From NCBI RefSeq assembly GCF_001194135.2, contig NC_068984.1:141415518-141479517 (forward strand): a stretch of 64,000 nucleotides of DNA. The letters run 5' to 3'. The first letter of the stretch is position 1. Each line of letters opens with the position of its first letter. The DNA is from Octopus bimaculoides. Lineage: Eukaryota. Made by a program: the position numbers and the translations under genes. Positions 51,801-64,000 of the stretch are shown piece by piece. The notes beneath the pieces are model-generated. The model searched no databases and was not told the DNA's origin. It saw only the letters and a program-made list of their open reading frames with translations.

Positions 51801-54800
51801 GTTTGTGTGTATGTCTGTGAATGTGCATCATTACAACATTTTAGTTTTTCTGCTTCAACATTTCCAATACTCATTGGTTACAAGCTTTAAAGATCAATGC
51901 TGCAGTTGTTATTGATTACAAATATTGACTTCAGAACGCTACTGCAACAGAGCACATCGCTCTCCAAGTTCTCTCACAAAAATGTTTCTATATTCTCTTC
52001 CTTATAAACATAGTGTTTGTTTCCAAACGGTATAATATTTCCGCTTGATGGTTCTGTGGTTTCGAGGTTTCATGTTCAATCTCAAAGTGTCTGCTATGAT
52101 ATCGTTAGGTCGTTGAGCACTTTTATGAGTGCAGTTTGGTAGATGGAAACTCTCTGGCAAGACTGTTCAAGGGATTGTGTTTGTTTTTGCGTGGTAGACC
52201 TAATTGGTTGTTTGGTGTAACATCACCACCTGGGTCATAAATACCTTTATTAGAGCCCACCCTGTTGTAAGTTCATTTGGGACAACTAACCTCTAAGCAA
52301 AACTACCCCAGCTGATAATTGTGTATCTACTCATGTAGCTTTACAGGTGTCTACAAAACGTTTAATTTACTACTTCCATGCTGCAGAGCTGACTCGATAG
52401 TAGCGCTTTGATGCTACATGTCACATTCTGAATTACATGTGGCAGACTAGCTTCACTTCTCTCAGTCCCATGTGTTACATAAACTAAAATATCCCCTTTT
52501 CTGTTGGGTACCTTGTCACACCATACCCCAGTTCCATGTAATACATTATCACAACTTACCTCTGTTCTCTGTGATACACTATTGTAACTTACTCCAGTTC
52601 TCTAGGGCTACTTATCCCTCACCGGTATTTGCCTTTCCACTGTTTGAAGGCTACCTGTTCTTGGTTTCGGTTCTCTCTAACGCTAACTCACCTCAGTTTT
52701 ATCCCTCATTCTACAACTGTTCTTATTAGAGGGACATCACCTCTACATACATTGACACTGTCTCGCATACAAAAGGATCTCATCTATGTAAAACAGTGAA
52801 TTGAAATATTTCAGAGATTATCTACGCAATTAATATACAAAATTCCCCCTCTGGGGATGGTCAGAATTCTAAAACAGTCATGTGGGGCTTTCTCAATGGC
52901 ATGCCAATGTAAAATTATGTTAAAGTGTTTCCTTGGTGGAGCCTGACTGATGATGAGTCGTGTCTCATGTGGTTTGTTTCTTGGAACAAAAAAGAAAATG
53001 TTACCTCTGCCAAGGGAGATAATTCGGTAATGTTAGATAATCAAAATGATTGGAAAATAATGACTCAAAGCAGATAGTAGTGGATCTTGCCTTTAAATCC
53101 AACTATGAAAGTAACAAACATGTTTCAGCTTTATTAAAACTCTTCAGTGAAATATATTCAACTCAGTTTGCAAAACTTAGAAGTGATCAGTATTACAGAA
53201 GTAGAAAGAGCCATTATTAATGAATATTACTAGAAATATCCACTTGGCCAAACTTCTATAATCCATAATCACCTGAAAACCCTCTGATTCTGTTTTTATG
53301 GTTTGCTTTGGTTTTTGAGGTACTCCGAGTGAAGCTAGAGTCACCAACTATTATATGCGAGAGCAGTAATTCAGTGATCTACCGTTAAATTGTATAGGAA
53401 AGGAGTTTACCTAAAACCTTGCTCTAGCAGATTCACACTAAAAGTATTTAGATACCATTGCATACTGTACACACACACACACACATAAAGATAGATAGAT
53501 AGATACAAGCACCTTACAACCATGAAGAATTGATACTGAGGATGTGCGGAGGTGTTGATTTTCAGGTCAGAAGTCTTTGTCGGCGTGGAAGTAGTCAACA
53601 GCTTTAACATACTTGTCTCCTTGTCTGTCTGTCTGTCCCGTTTGTGTGTCTCCACTCCATCAATACATTAACAGCAGTATAAAACACAGCATCAGCTGCT
53701 GCAAGGAACCATACTTAATCTCTGTGTTAGTGGTGTGTCCTGCAGAATGGTTACAATTCTCAGCAGATGATTTTACAGTTAATTTGAAAGTTTATTTAAA
53801 TCGAAACCATTACTTGGCCTGTGAATTGTCTCAATTAGTAGAGTCTTGTGGTATACAATTTCAACTCCTTATATTTTGATTTCATATCTTACCAAAGTCG
53901 GCTTTGCTTTTTGTTATTCTAGAGTTGATGAAATAATTTCCAGTCAAGATATGGGCTTGATTTTAAATCAACCAAACACTTCCCCAAAGTTTGAAGTCTT
54001 GAAAACCAGTCTCCAACTTCACTGTCCTATTTCTCGCACTTTAAAAAATTTAAGGTTTTATATCTCTATGCAGAATTTAGAAACGCCTACCCTGAACTTA
54101 TGTCTACACCTACCCACATCTACCCCTGACTGACCTGTTTTGTCCCTGACCCGAACATGTTCTTCCCTCAGACCTACATGTCATAACCAGCTTACATTTT
54201 GCCTCACTGACCTACGTGTACCACTGTGCTCAGCATGTTCCCTAACCAGACTACATGTGCTATCACTGAACTACATACAGTTTTACTTGACTCAAGTCCT
54301 GTCAACCTACAAATACTGAAACTGAGCCCCAGCCACCCCTTTCTCTGCAGTGTGATTGGGACTGGAAAGGTGTGCAAGGCTTGCCTCAACACCTTTGACT
54401 AGAACATTAAAAAAGAAAAAAAAAAAGACGTTGCTTTCTGGGATGCGAGTTCACAGTTCCAATGAAGGTTCGCATAAATTTACATGTAATGTTTCTTTTA
54501 GAATAGTTTTCACATTGTGGTTTTGAACTTTTAAAAGCTTATACCACATGTAGAATTGCATTCATGTTGTTAGCAGTCTACCAGGCAGCTGTCTTACATG
54601 TGACCCTTTGTGACTCTCATCAAAGTCTCAAAAATATTCCATTCCTTGCATAATTTCTTGAGTGACCAAAGATCACATTGTAAACAAAGTTAAACAGATA
54701 AGTTCTTGTTTGTGGTTGCCACCTCTAGACTGATCAAAAAGTTATATGGACAGGGAATAAAGATATAATGCTGTGGTGTAACATGGAGGCACATGGCCTA

Positions 54801-55857
54801 ATGGTTAGAGCAGCGGACTCGCAGTTGAGGAATCGTGGGTTTGAATCTCAGGCCTGGCGATGTGTGTGTGTTTATGAGCAAAACACCTAAGCCCCATGCG
54901 ACTCTGGCAGAAGGTAATGGCAAACTTCTGCTGACTCTTTCGCCACAACTTTCTCTCATTCTGTCCTCCTGCATCTAGCAACTCACCTGTGATGGACTGG
55001 TGATCCGTCCAGGTAGGGAACCTATACGCCAATGAAACTGGGAAACCAGCCCGTATGAGCCAGTCGTGGCTCGAGAAGGAACAAGCAACACTGGTGTAAC
55101 AGTAGTAAGGGAGGTAACTTTGTGATGATCATTATAACAAAATATGTTAAGTGTTGCACTTTACGAAAGTAATAGCCTTAATGATTATCAAAGTGTTATG
55201 AAATTCTTACAGCACCATATTATTAATAGAATGTGTTTACCTGTTATCTATGAAGGAGCAGTCTTAGTGAACATTGACTGATAAAAACGAATGTTTACAG
55301 AAGTTCCACTTTTAGTCTTTACATTTTACATCCAGCTCCGACATTCAACTCTATTTTAGTTTCCTGTAGAATGCCGTGTTTTTTCCTCTCTCAGCAAAGG
55401 AACTTGTCCTTTAAATCTGTTTAATTGAGCCATAGTTTGTATTTGAAACCCCAAGATACCACTTGTGACTTTACATGTGCAAGTGTCCAATATCATTCCC
55501 TTCCATAGGATGTAGATGTATTCTAAGGCAGAGTGTTTCCAAGAAATAGTTTCTGATGGTGTTTTCTGTTAATGTAGGTCATAAATTCTTTGGTGTGGGT
55601 TCTAATTGTTTCCAGTCCAGTGAAGTGTATTAAGGAGCACGAAGAAAGTGGAACCACCTTTCCTTTTTCAACCTGCATGTGTGTTGTTTACTCTTGTGTT
55701 TCTATGTTTTAACCCTTTAAATAATATTTTGGGTGTGTGTGTGTGTGAGTATGGAGATGGGACGGCATGCTTATGAAGAAATGTGCTGTGAATATTCATT
55801 TTGTCAGTTCTCCTCTACTAACCACCATCTGGCTGTTTTCACTAACCTTTTTCACAG

Positions 55858-55971
55858 GAAGAGGAGTTTAGACTAAAGCACGAAGCCTTGATGAATCAGC
55901 AGAAGCACGAGTCACAAATCTTGAAGCAACAACTCGAAGAGCAACGGACAAAAACTGCTTCAAAGGACTTG
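55858..55971 (+). CDS. Coiled-coil exon (EEEFRLKHEALMNQQKHESQILKQQLEEQRTKTASKDL), phase 0-0; alternative donor after 55986
   Basis: Branch-like actaac + ctttttcacag acceptor; donors TTG|gtaggc (55972) or AAG|gtgtgt (55987), both in frame. Confidence 0.85.
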
Positions 55972-57550
55972 GTAGGCATGACGAAGGTGTGTAAACTCGT
56001 GTGACAAACTGCTTCTTTCCCAGCACACAGCCATTCTTCTCTCAATTTTTTTTTCTTGCACCATTACCTGCCCTAGCTCTTTCTGAATCTGCTTTCGTCT
56101 GTCTTAGAGATATTCTTGTAGTTCAATTTGATTCTTATTCTCGTTGGTGAAATTACTTTATCTTGTTGTCTTCAGTTTCTCTTTCTTTTACTCACGCATG
56201 CTGTTGTTATTCTCTCTCACAATTCTGCATCATTTCTTTAAATAATTTGTATATTTCTGTTCAGTTTTTCAAAAAAGAATTCAGTGCTTTTTATTTTCTC
56301 TGTTTATTTCCACTAATTTTGTTGTGTTGTTGCTGTTGCTATTAAGTCATTCCAAATTTAAAGGTCTCTGATTTTTAAAAACAAACCTCAGATCTATCAT
56401 GTCAACTATGACGTTTATCTCTTATGTGATCTTACTGCACACACTCACACTGCACTCCAATGCCATATTTGGCATTGTGGAAGTGCACTGCAGCCTTTTA
56501 ACACCTTACTGTATCCATTGAAATGCCACAGTCTACCTGCACCCAGTGAGAATCACTGACAAGTTTTCATTTCTCTTATTTTTAACCAATCTCAAGAAGT
56601 TCTGTTTGTCCTCAATTATCTATATAACTGTTGTGTGTATTGACCAAATCTCTCTTTCTTCGTCAACACAGGTAAGACATGTAAGCATCTTTTATTTCCT
56701 GTCGTTCATTTCCATCAGTTTGTAGCTGAAAGCAAAGCAGGGTGGGGGAGTAAATTTCAATAAAAATTGCCAAAAAAGGGTGTGTGGGGGGATTCTTGTT
56801 TGTATATAGATTTTTTTATTCCACATATTTTGAGATTAAGGTAATCCAAATAATCTAATTATTAATATCTCTAATATCATAATTACTGGTTTATGCAAGG
56901 TTTGTAGAAGACTACAAATATTTAATGTATCACCAGTTGTTCATAGTAAAGTATTGTGTCCTATAATAATAATAATAATGTTCTGATATAGTACCAGGCA
57001 GTGGCTCTCATGTCTTCTGATCTTAGCTGATTGGTAGTGTTATCATGTTTTGTCTTAGTCTAAAAAATGGGTTACAGCAAATATTCTGATCAATACTGCA
57101 AATTTGCTTGTCAGTTGCTTGACCATAATCAGTTGAACATGTCTTTTAGTGGCTGATGATATGTGCAATTCTGACCATGAGCAAGAGTAGTGGGGTAGCA
57201 TCATAGCTATGTGTTGAGAGGAATTCTTTGGGGTCTGACTAATTCACCTCTGGAAACACAGGTGTTTTGTTCATCATCCTTAAATAACTCTTGTTCAGGA
57301 GGGACCTATTGAATGGAATCAGCTACTTGACCTGCAGAAAATTCTGATCCCCACCTGTAAGGTCATGTCCTCTTTATCTTGATACAAGGTCACCGTGTCG
57401 TGCACATGTGTGTGGTTGTGATCCATACGCCTCTTCTACCCTTATCAGACGGGTATGTTGATGGATATATTGGGCTTTGTATATTTGTACCCTAACATCA
57501 CTTTGATGGCCTGTGCTACTCTCTCACTAATAATTATCATAATGATGATG

Positions 57551-57599
<49 letters not shown>

Positions 57600-58368
57600 T
57601 AGTGTAAGAGCAGAGGATCAGGTTGTATTTTGGCATTATTTGACACTTAATGTTGTTGTCCGTAATCGTCATCATCATCCTAGCATGGGTTGGACGATTT
57701 GACTGGGGACTGGTGAACTGGATGGCAACACCAGGCTCCAATCTGATCTGGCAGAGTTTCTACAGCTGGATGCCCTTCCTAACACCAACCACTCCGAGAC
57801 TGTAGTGGGTGCTTTTTATGTGCCACCGGCACGAGGGCCAGTCAGGCGGTACTAGCAACGGCATATATGTATTCCCTTTTCTTTTACTTGCAGTTAGTCT
57901 CTCTCTCTCTCTCACACACACACACATCACATTTCTTCTTGCTAGAGAAATTATTTACCCTTTTATTCTATTCTCTCTTGCCTTTGCCTGCCACACTCTC
58001 TCTCTCTCTGCCACGNNNNNNNNNNNNNNNNNNNNNNNNNNNNNNNNNNNNNNNNNNNNNNNNNNNNNNNNNNNNNNNNNNNNNNNNNNNNNNNNNNNNN
58101 NNNNNNNNNNNNNNNNNNNNNNNNNNNNNNNNNNNNNNNNNNNNNNNNNNNNNNNNNNNNNNNNNNNNNNNNNNNNNNNNNNNNNNNNNNNNNNNNNNNN
58201 NNNNNNNNNNNNNNNNNNNNNNNNNNNNNNNNNNNNNNNNNNNNNNNNNNNNNNNNNNNNNNNNNNNNNNNNNNNNNNNNNNNNNNNNNNNNNNNNNNNN
58301 NNNNNNNNNNTGTGTCCTTATATTTTCGAACAAGGGAATCTAGCACCCCCACTCAGCCCAAAACAATA

Positions 58369-58413
58369 TCTGTGTATCGTGATTTCCAGGTTATTTCCCT
58401 TCATCAGCACAGA
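58369..58413 (-). ncRNA. Hammerhead-like motif of a second, unrelated family
   Basis: Reverse complement TCTGTG-CTGATGA-AGG(GAAATAA)CCT-G-GAAA-TC-AC-GA-TA-CACAGA; 6-bp stem I, stem II, near-palindromic helix III. Confidence 0.6.
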
Positions 58414-58505
58414 ATAATTGTTCGACTAGAGGTGGCGCTGCCAAATTCCCATTCGAAATATATAGTTTTCAAAGTGACAACTAGTCACTGATCTATGAAT
58501 TAGAA

Positions 58506-58757
58506 AATTACTATTTTTAAATCTCACAACGAGAGATATTCAGCAACAGTACTTTGGAGTAAAGATCGTTTGCCAACATAACATGGCAGTCCTGGTTTAG
58601 GACGAATGTTGCTGTAATTTAGCCCCAGGAGACATCATCTGCAGCTGGCTATACAATGTGATCTAAACCAGGACTGCGATGTTATGTTGGCAAACGACCT
58701 TTACTCCAAGGTACTGTTGCTGAATATCTGTCGTTTTGAGATTTGAAAATAGAAATT
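58506..58757. repeat. Foldback element, arms about 95 bp, spacer 62 nt
   Basis: 58506-58600 is the reverse complement of 58663-58757 with about 8 mismatches. Confidence 0.9.
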
Positions 58758-59411
58758 TCCAATATATTTATATATATTTAGTAAATGAGCATGTGGCTGT
58801 TTTCTTTCTTTGGATATGAACAAGCAATGTCATCTCTCATTCTATATATGGTTATGTTAATCCTCATTACTCTGCGAGGAGCTTAGGCCTGTGACTATTT
58901 CATGTCAGTGGATGTGATCTTTGGCAACCTCTTTGCTTTTAAACAGAGTGAGACCAATTGCTTGCGCTTCATTCTCCATGCATCCTTTTCAGGTCTTCTT
59001 TGGTTGTCCAACTTTTCCCTATATGGTTATGTGATAACGTCTAAATTTTTATTTCAAGCGTCAAACGTAAAGTTAATTCTATTTGAAGTATTAAAAAAAA
59101 AAAATGAAGCATTATATGTCTTTTTTGAACCTAACCCTAAACAATAAAATGGCTTTTGCTGATCTTTATTAGAAGAGAATCCTTGTGTTTTGAAAACGAA
59201 CCCTTGGAAACTAGGTACTTTTGCAAGGGAACCAGTTTGTTTTATTTATAGTGTTATGTTTGATAGGTTTTCTAAAAAGTGTAGAGCAATGTGGAGTATT
59301 TCTTGAGGTAAATAATAATTGTTTAAAATCTGTTGCTGATTGTTTGGAATTGGTTTCCTTGCTTTGATTTGGAACTAAATATGTATTTCTCTCTGTCTTG
59401 TGTGTCAACAG

Positions 59412-59481
59412 CGATCTCCTGGAGATTCTTCTATCAGTTACAGTAGCAGTACAGCAGGGACTAAAACGGCTACAAAAACAG
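59412..59481 (+). CDS. 70-nt exon (RSPGDSSISYSSSTAGTKTATKT-G), phase 0-1
   Basis: Acceptor ttctctctgtcttgtgtgtcaacag; donor CAG|gtaagc at 59482. Confidence 0.8.
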
Positions 59482-61404
59482 GTAAGCTGACACCTATGGC
59501 CCTTCGCGTCATTAAACCTTGCTGGGTCCCACTCCCTTTTGTTTTGGGGTTTGTAAAAGCTCACTGATTCTTTTAGGATAGTGTATTGTCTTAGGATTGA
59601 ATAAGAAAACAAGTTAATAAAATTTCTTTATTTAGGCCAATTGGTGAAGTAAATATAATCTATATTTAATCATTATATTTTGTTTTTTTTTTAATTTTTT
59701 TAAAATTTTTATTTGTGTGAGTGTAAGTGTTAGGTGTGTTATTTCCTCATCGTCTGTAATGTATCAAAATGTCCTGCTGTTGTAGTTTATGTTTAGACGA
59801 CAATATTGTAATGTCAAAGCACACATGTAGCTCACTGCATTCTGTCCTGTTGCACCAACATCTGTTTCGTTATTGTTGATGACCTTGGGTGTTTAGGTAG
59901 AGCAGCTACACTGTCATAACTACTGTCATCCCTCCCACTTAATGTGTCCTCCTGGACACATTTCATTAATAAGGATACGAACATTTTACACACGCAACCA
60001 TTTACTGCAGTTTGTCTATCAAGCTATAATGGTATATAATTAAAATATAATGGTAGGCAGAGAGTAACCCACACTAAAAGTCAAGTGTGTGTTTCAAATC
60101 ATACAATGTAACTTACCCATCATTTCTTTCTTACATAAGATTGAAGACTGTTACATAAAAGGAACATACAGCTCTAAGTACTCTCATGTTATGTTGATCT
60201 GCTCAAATGAAACAAACAAAAAAAAAAAGACATCATAATGAAGGAATACCCAATGTCAACTTGACCTTAGATGTTCTGCTTAAAGGGTTTATTTATGGTG
60301 CTATAAAGCTAAAACTAAGCTTCTCAATCATGTGCCAGATTAACTTCAAAGCCTTTCAAAGTAAGTTTCAATCAACATCTGTACACTTTTCACCAGCATC
60401 TTAGAAATGTGATGGCAGTTTCTCACAATTTATCTTGAGATTTAGATCTAATAGCAGAAACATATGAGTTAGGGAAAATAGTTAGCATGGGGGCCTGGTG
60501 GGAGATGGGAGGTAAGATGAATGAGGGGAGATAAATGGTGGGAGGTTCGGTTGCTCTGTGAATGTGTTGACATACTGGAATTGGTAACATATTTGTAAGT
60601 GTGTGTGTGTGTGTGTGTCAGTCAGTTGGATGACTTCCTTTGGTGATGCAGTCTAGATTGCATATATGTGCAGCTGCAGCAGCAAGAGGACTCCTCTGGA
60701 TGTGGACCGGGGCGAATGACCATCATTATCATTTAATGTCCGTTGTCCATGCTGGAATGGGTTTGACAGTTTGTCCAGGGCTGCTAAGCTGGGAACGCTG
60801 CACCAATCACCAGGCTACATGGAGAAAAATCAGGGCGGAGATTGCTGCCAAAGTAGCTTGTGGTTTGAAGGCACGTAAATAAAGTCATTCATATCTTGGC
60901 TTGCAATGGGATACCACTGACAGATTGTTCAATTCTTAACACGTGTTGTCATGACCTCTCAATCACCACTAGCATGAAAAAAAAGGGGTAACTTCTTCTC
61001 ACTTTCCGACATGACATCATCTCTTTCCCCTTCTGGTCTTCCCTCCACCACATTCACTAATCTCTATGGTAACTCTCAAACACTTGTGTATCTCCGTACC
61101 AGAACAAGAGAAACTGTAATCTCTCAAGTACTTAGACATCAAGTGAGTCTTCTCCAGTTGTTCGCCTTGCATCACACCATAACTTGACAGTCTTTGCTCT
61201 ACCTATTGCTTTCAGGGTCATAAACTAATTAAAGCAACAACCTCAATTTGTTCCTTCTCACACTTTATATAATTAGCGTGTGTATGTGTGTATGTGATTA
61301 TATTGTACTTTATTTCAAAAATCTGTTGTTAGTTTATTCCATTCAGTTTTAATTGTGTTGCCTGTGTAATTATTTATTATTAGTAGTAGTACTCTTATTA
61401 TAAC

Positions 61405-61435
<31 letters not shown>

Positions 61436-61571
61436 GTGTTGCTTTTCAATTTGCAGTCTTTGTTTTATCATTAAATCACTCATTTCATCATACCACCGTC
61501 TTCTTACTGTCATTTCTGCTATTACGGCATATACATGGATGTCTGTCTGTATGTATGTATGTAAGTATGTA

Positions 61572-61621
<50 letters not shown>

Positions 61622-61806
61622 TATACACCCACGCACATATGCACACGTACAGACATGTACACATGTTCACAAGCATGGAACATTCATGCAGCTAGCACAT
61701 TATACATGTGCATTCATACATGATTATACATATATTTATTAAGTTTTTTTTTTTTGTATTAAACTGAAGCTGGCCATTTGTCTTCTGATTCAAATTTCAT
61801 GCCACT

Positions 61807-61881
61807 GTGATCTTTAGACAAAACTCTTCATGTGATCTTTAGACAAAACTCTTCAGGTGATCTTTAGACAAAACTCTTCAG
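61807..61881 (+). repeat. Tandem repeat 3 x 25 nt
   Basis: GTGATCTTTAGACAAAACTCTTCA(T/G) three times with no spacers. Confidence 0.9.
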
Positions 61882-62044
61882 GTGTTCTGCCTGAAGTTCA
61901 CAGTGTCATGAAACATGGATTGTGGGACAATCTCTCAGTTTCAGTTTTAATTAAATAAACCATATCCTCTACATGTAATTAGCACCCCTGTATCATTTAT
62001 TCAACAATAAGCAACATACACACATACACACAGATAACACTCCA

Positions 62045-62077
<33 letters not shown>

Positions 62078-62720
62078 CATCATCATCATCGTTTAACATC
62101 CACTTTCCATGCTAGCATGGGTTGGACGATTTGACTGAGGACTAGTCAACCAGATGGCTGCACCAGGCTCCTGCCAGATCAGATTGGAGCCTGGTGTANN
62201 NNNNNNNNNNNNNNNNNNNNNNNNNNNNNNNNNNNNNNNNNNNNNNNNNNNNNNNNNNNNNNNNNNNNNNNNNNNNNNNNNNNNNNNNNNNNNNNNNNNN
62301 NNNNNNNNNNNNNNNNNNNNNNNNNNNNNNNNNNNNNNNNNNNNNNNNNNNNNNNNNNNNNNNNNNNNNNNNNNNNNNNNNNNNNNNNNNNNNNNNNNNN
62401 NNNNNNNNNNNNNNNNNNNNNNNNNNNNNNNNNNNNNNNNNNNNNNNNNNNNNNNNNNNNNNNNNNNNNNNNNNNNNNNNNNNNNNNNNNNNNNNNNNNN
62501 NNNNNNNNNNNNNNNNNNNNNNNNNNNNNNNNNNNNNNNNNNNNNNNNNNNNNNNNNNNNNNNNNNNNNNNNNNNNNNNNNNNNNNNNNNNNNNNNNNNN
62601 NNNNNNNNNNNNNNNNNNNNNNNNNNNNNNNNNNNNNNNNNNNNNNNNNNNNNNNNNNNNNNNNNNNNNNNNNNNNNNNNNNNNNNNNNNNNNNNNNNNN
62701 NNNNNNNNTGTTGCTAGTAG

Positions 62721-62879
62721 CGTACAATGTCCGGCCCTTTGTACTTGATAAAGGAAAGTCTCTTGGAAGCGGCAACAAAATCACTCCTACTGGCAACCGA
62801 AGAACCACAAAGCTAGGGCTTTCATCACCATCATCTCCTTCATCAGCAGCACCCCCTCCTCCTCATCAAAATGACAAAG
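62721..62879 (+). CDS. Ser/Pro-rich exon (AYNVRPFVLDKGKSLGSGNKITPTG...PPPPHQNDK), phase 1-1; start 62718 or 62721
   Basis: Tandem acceptor ctag|tag| just after an N-gap; open frame; donor AAG|gtatgt at 62880; phase matches the 59481 donor. Confidence 0.75.
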
Positions 62880-63178
62880 GTATGTATGTTCCGTCAGTAT
62901 GTTTGTATGCTGTGGTTGGGTTCTACAACTCCAAGCAGTCACCCGTTGTTTGCTCCCTTGTTTTTTTTTTTTCTTCTTTCTTCTTTTTCTTTTGATTCAG
63001 TAGTGGTGGTCACCTACCTATTACCAGGAATTACTCTTCCTCCTCTTCCTTCTCCTCCTTTGGCTTTTACTCCTATTCATAATCTATTTGCAGCTTCTAC
63101 CACTTCCACTTTTACTACTACCTCTACCACTACTAATTACTGAATTACTGTTATTACTACTCTTACTACTACATCTGT

Positions 63179-63214
<36 letters not shown>

Positions 63215-64000
63215 ACTACTTTTGTTTGCTGTGATGCCTTCTCCTCTTCTTTCCTTCCTTCCACCTTTCTCTTGCTACCTCATCTTCTCTGTTATCATCC
63301 TCTTTCTCAAGGACCCTTCCCCCTCCCTATACAAAACCTAAACTAATCCACATCGTTTTCATTACTAACATATGTACACCATACACTGCTACCAGTCCCC
63401 CCCCCCGCCAAGCACATTATTTATTTAATACAATGAGGGTGCAATTAGGAGTTTTAGCTGCTATTTTTAACGAGTTGAGCTACCACATTGGTATGTCTAT
63501 CAATTCTCAGGAGTAACAGTTTCCAAACATGGAGTTTTGACCCCGTTATCTTCCTGTTTTGTCCTTAAAAAAAGTGTAGAGAGAGACAACTGTTGTTTAG
63601 CTGTAGGCTAACAATTACTCAAACCGATCTATGATGGAAAGCATTTTTGCCATGACCACCCCATCTGTTTTATTTAGGCACAGTGAATAATATAAGTCCT
63701 CTTTCTTAGGATTAGGATAGTAATAAGATCCAAAGTGCTTATGGTTGCTATTTCTAGCAATGTTGATCAACCATGTAGAGCAGTGTCTCTCAACTGGAGT
63801 CCACATGTGCCTTGGGGAGGGGGGGAGTCCATATAAGATTTTGCTGTTAAGATTTTTGTGCAATAAATTGCTTAAACTTCTACGATACACAAAATATTTA
63901 AATATTTTTTTTTATACAGTTCCTAATAATATTTAATGAAAAATAGAGTAAGATTTTTTTAATATACCTCGAATGGCTGTGGAGGTCTTGTGGAGTAAAA

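Noticed and set aside
61807-61881. Short direct repeats superficially like CRISPR
   Set aside because: No spacers, eukaryotic context and no cas genes.
62815-62850. Minus-strand CTGATGA...GAAA
   Set aside because: No stem II pairing, and it lies within a coding exon.
34773-62879. Naming the gene PIK3AP1/BANK1/stumps
   Set aside because: Resemblance is limited to short motifs (GLKxL, YESM, EEFRL) and no DBB or TIR domain is seen in the window; left unnamed.

Overview
AT-rich, microsatellite-dense eukaryotic genomic DNA with eleven N-gaps. The SINE families resemble those I recall from octopus (coleoid cephalopod), but the species is an inference. There is no prokaryotic content and no CRISPR array, and nearly all of the ORF track is microsatellite or gap noise. 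The window lies inside one large plus-strand gene whose start and end are outside it. I can reconstruct a splice-phase-consistent chain of about 13 GT-AG exons from 265 to 62879, several only 6-48 nt long. The product is an unnamed adaptor-like protein with a putative ankyrin-like helix, coiled coils, Tyr docking motifs (YMSV, YDNC, YESM) and Ser/Pro-rich tracts. The introns hold at least four tRNA-type SINE families, piggyBac-like (TTAA) and hAT-like MITEs, foldback hairpins and a 5'-truncated RLE-type LINE. The most striking finding is a short element with a tRNA-derived pol III head and a Penelope-type minimal hammerhead ribozyme near its 3' end. It is present as two insertions (36.1 kb and 47.0-47.5 kb) sharing an inverted-tail plus TSD architecture. 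An unrelated hammerhead-like motif sits at 58.4 kb.
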